Source: Spirochaetia bacterium (GTDB taxonomy: Bacteria > Spirochaetota > Spirochaetia > SZUA-6 > Bin103). Taken from it: 64,000 bases of DNA. The stretch lies in NCBI GenBank assembly GCA_965198005.1, contig CBDAOI010000003.1:736001-800000 (forward strand), written 5' to 3'. The notes under the pieces are model-generated. The model saw nothing but the letters and a program-made list of their open reading frames with translations, did not search any database and had not been told where the DNA came from. Within the stretch, counting starts at the first letter, position 1, and each line of letters begins with the position of its first letter. A program made the translations under genes and the position numbers. Below are positions 63,267 to 64,000 of the stretch, piece by piece.

Positions 63267-64000
63267 ATGAAGATACTATTTGCAAGGACCTTCGCGATTG
63301 CGTTGGTCCTAGTTCTGACCGCAACCGGCCTCTGGGCCGCCGGCGCAGAAGAGGCACCGGCAGCCGCTGCCGAAAAGAAATATGTGACAGACCCCACCAC
63401 CGGTAAGGTGGTGGTGGCGCCAGAGTATGGCGGGACATTCACCTTCGCTCACCAAACGCTCTCTGGCATTTTTGACAGCGTGGTCCAAGGTAGGTGGGCG
63501 TCCGGCTATCACGGTCTCGTTCTAGATAAGCCGGCTCTCGCGGACTGGGGAAGAGATAGGGATGAATTTGCCTTGAATTTGCCGTGGCCAACTCTACCTT
63601 ACTTAAGAGGGGCACTGGTGGAAAGCTGGGAGCAAACTGACGACCTAACCATTATCTTCCACATCCGCAAGGGCGTTCACTGGCATGATAAGGAGCCGAT
63701 GAGCGGTCGGGAGTTTACTGCTGATGACATTGTATTTAACTATCACCGGATACTGGGTCTGGGCAGCGGCTTCACCGAACCTACCCCCCAGAGGACGGCT
63801 CAACTCCTTCCTATAAAAGTCGAATCGGTAAGGGCTACCGACAAATACACGGTTGTCTTTAAGCTGAAGGAGCCAAACATCAAGGCGCTGCAGGGTATCG
63901 TCGACGACGAAGTAGCTTATATACATCCCCCCGAGGTAATCAAGGAACACGGCGACACCACGGATTGGAGGAACCTGGTCGGCACCGGGCCCTATGAGCT
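63267..64000 (+). CDS. ABC substrate-binding protein family 5 (SBP8), 3' end outside window
   Basis: AAGGAG RBS, MKILFARTFAIALVL signal peptide, PEYGGT, DWRNLVGTGPY. Confidence 0.9.
   Translation, partial: MKILFARTFAIALVLVLTATGLWAAGAEEAPAAAAEKKYVTDPTTGKVVVAPEYGGTFTFAHQTLSGIFDSVVQGRWASGYHGLVLDKPALADWGRDRDEFALNLPWPTLPYLRGALVESWEQTDDLTIIFHIRKGVHWHDKEPMSGREFTADDIVFNYHRILGLGSGFTEPTPQRTAQLLPIKVESVRATDKYTVVFKLKEPNIKALQGIVDDEVAYIHPPEVIKEHGDTTDWRNLVGTGPYE

Overview
Bacterial, mostly high-GC accessory region. It is dominated by an expanded family of peptide/nickel-type (family 5) ABC importer modules: eight substrate-binding protein (SBP) genes or remnants, four DppB/DppC-like permease pairs plus fragments, and no ATPase gene. 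The modules are embedded in intact and broken mobile elements (IS1182, IS1595, an ISNCY-type IS, an IS91-type end, a large serine recombinase element, a DDE+AAA transposon carrying a nested RIT element, group II intron pieces, REP-like clusters) and in duplicated or spliced metabolic genes. The least expected signals are: (i) a conserved RBS + 11-codon leader + GC hairpin upstream of four SBP genes; (ii) a group II intron 5' remnant whose EBS1 loop reads AGGAGG and which sits antisense exactly at that Shine-Dalgarno site; (iii) SBP upstream regions built from a small set of reused mobile-element ends, all oriented toward the gene; (iv) swapping of leader and body segments and patchwise divergence among SBP paralogs. 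Signal peptides look Spirochaetaceae-like and the gene content suggests a host-associated organism, but both are inference. Some frameshifts and junctions could be long-read or assembly artefacts.
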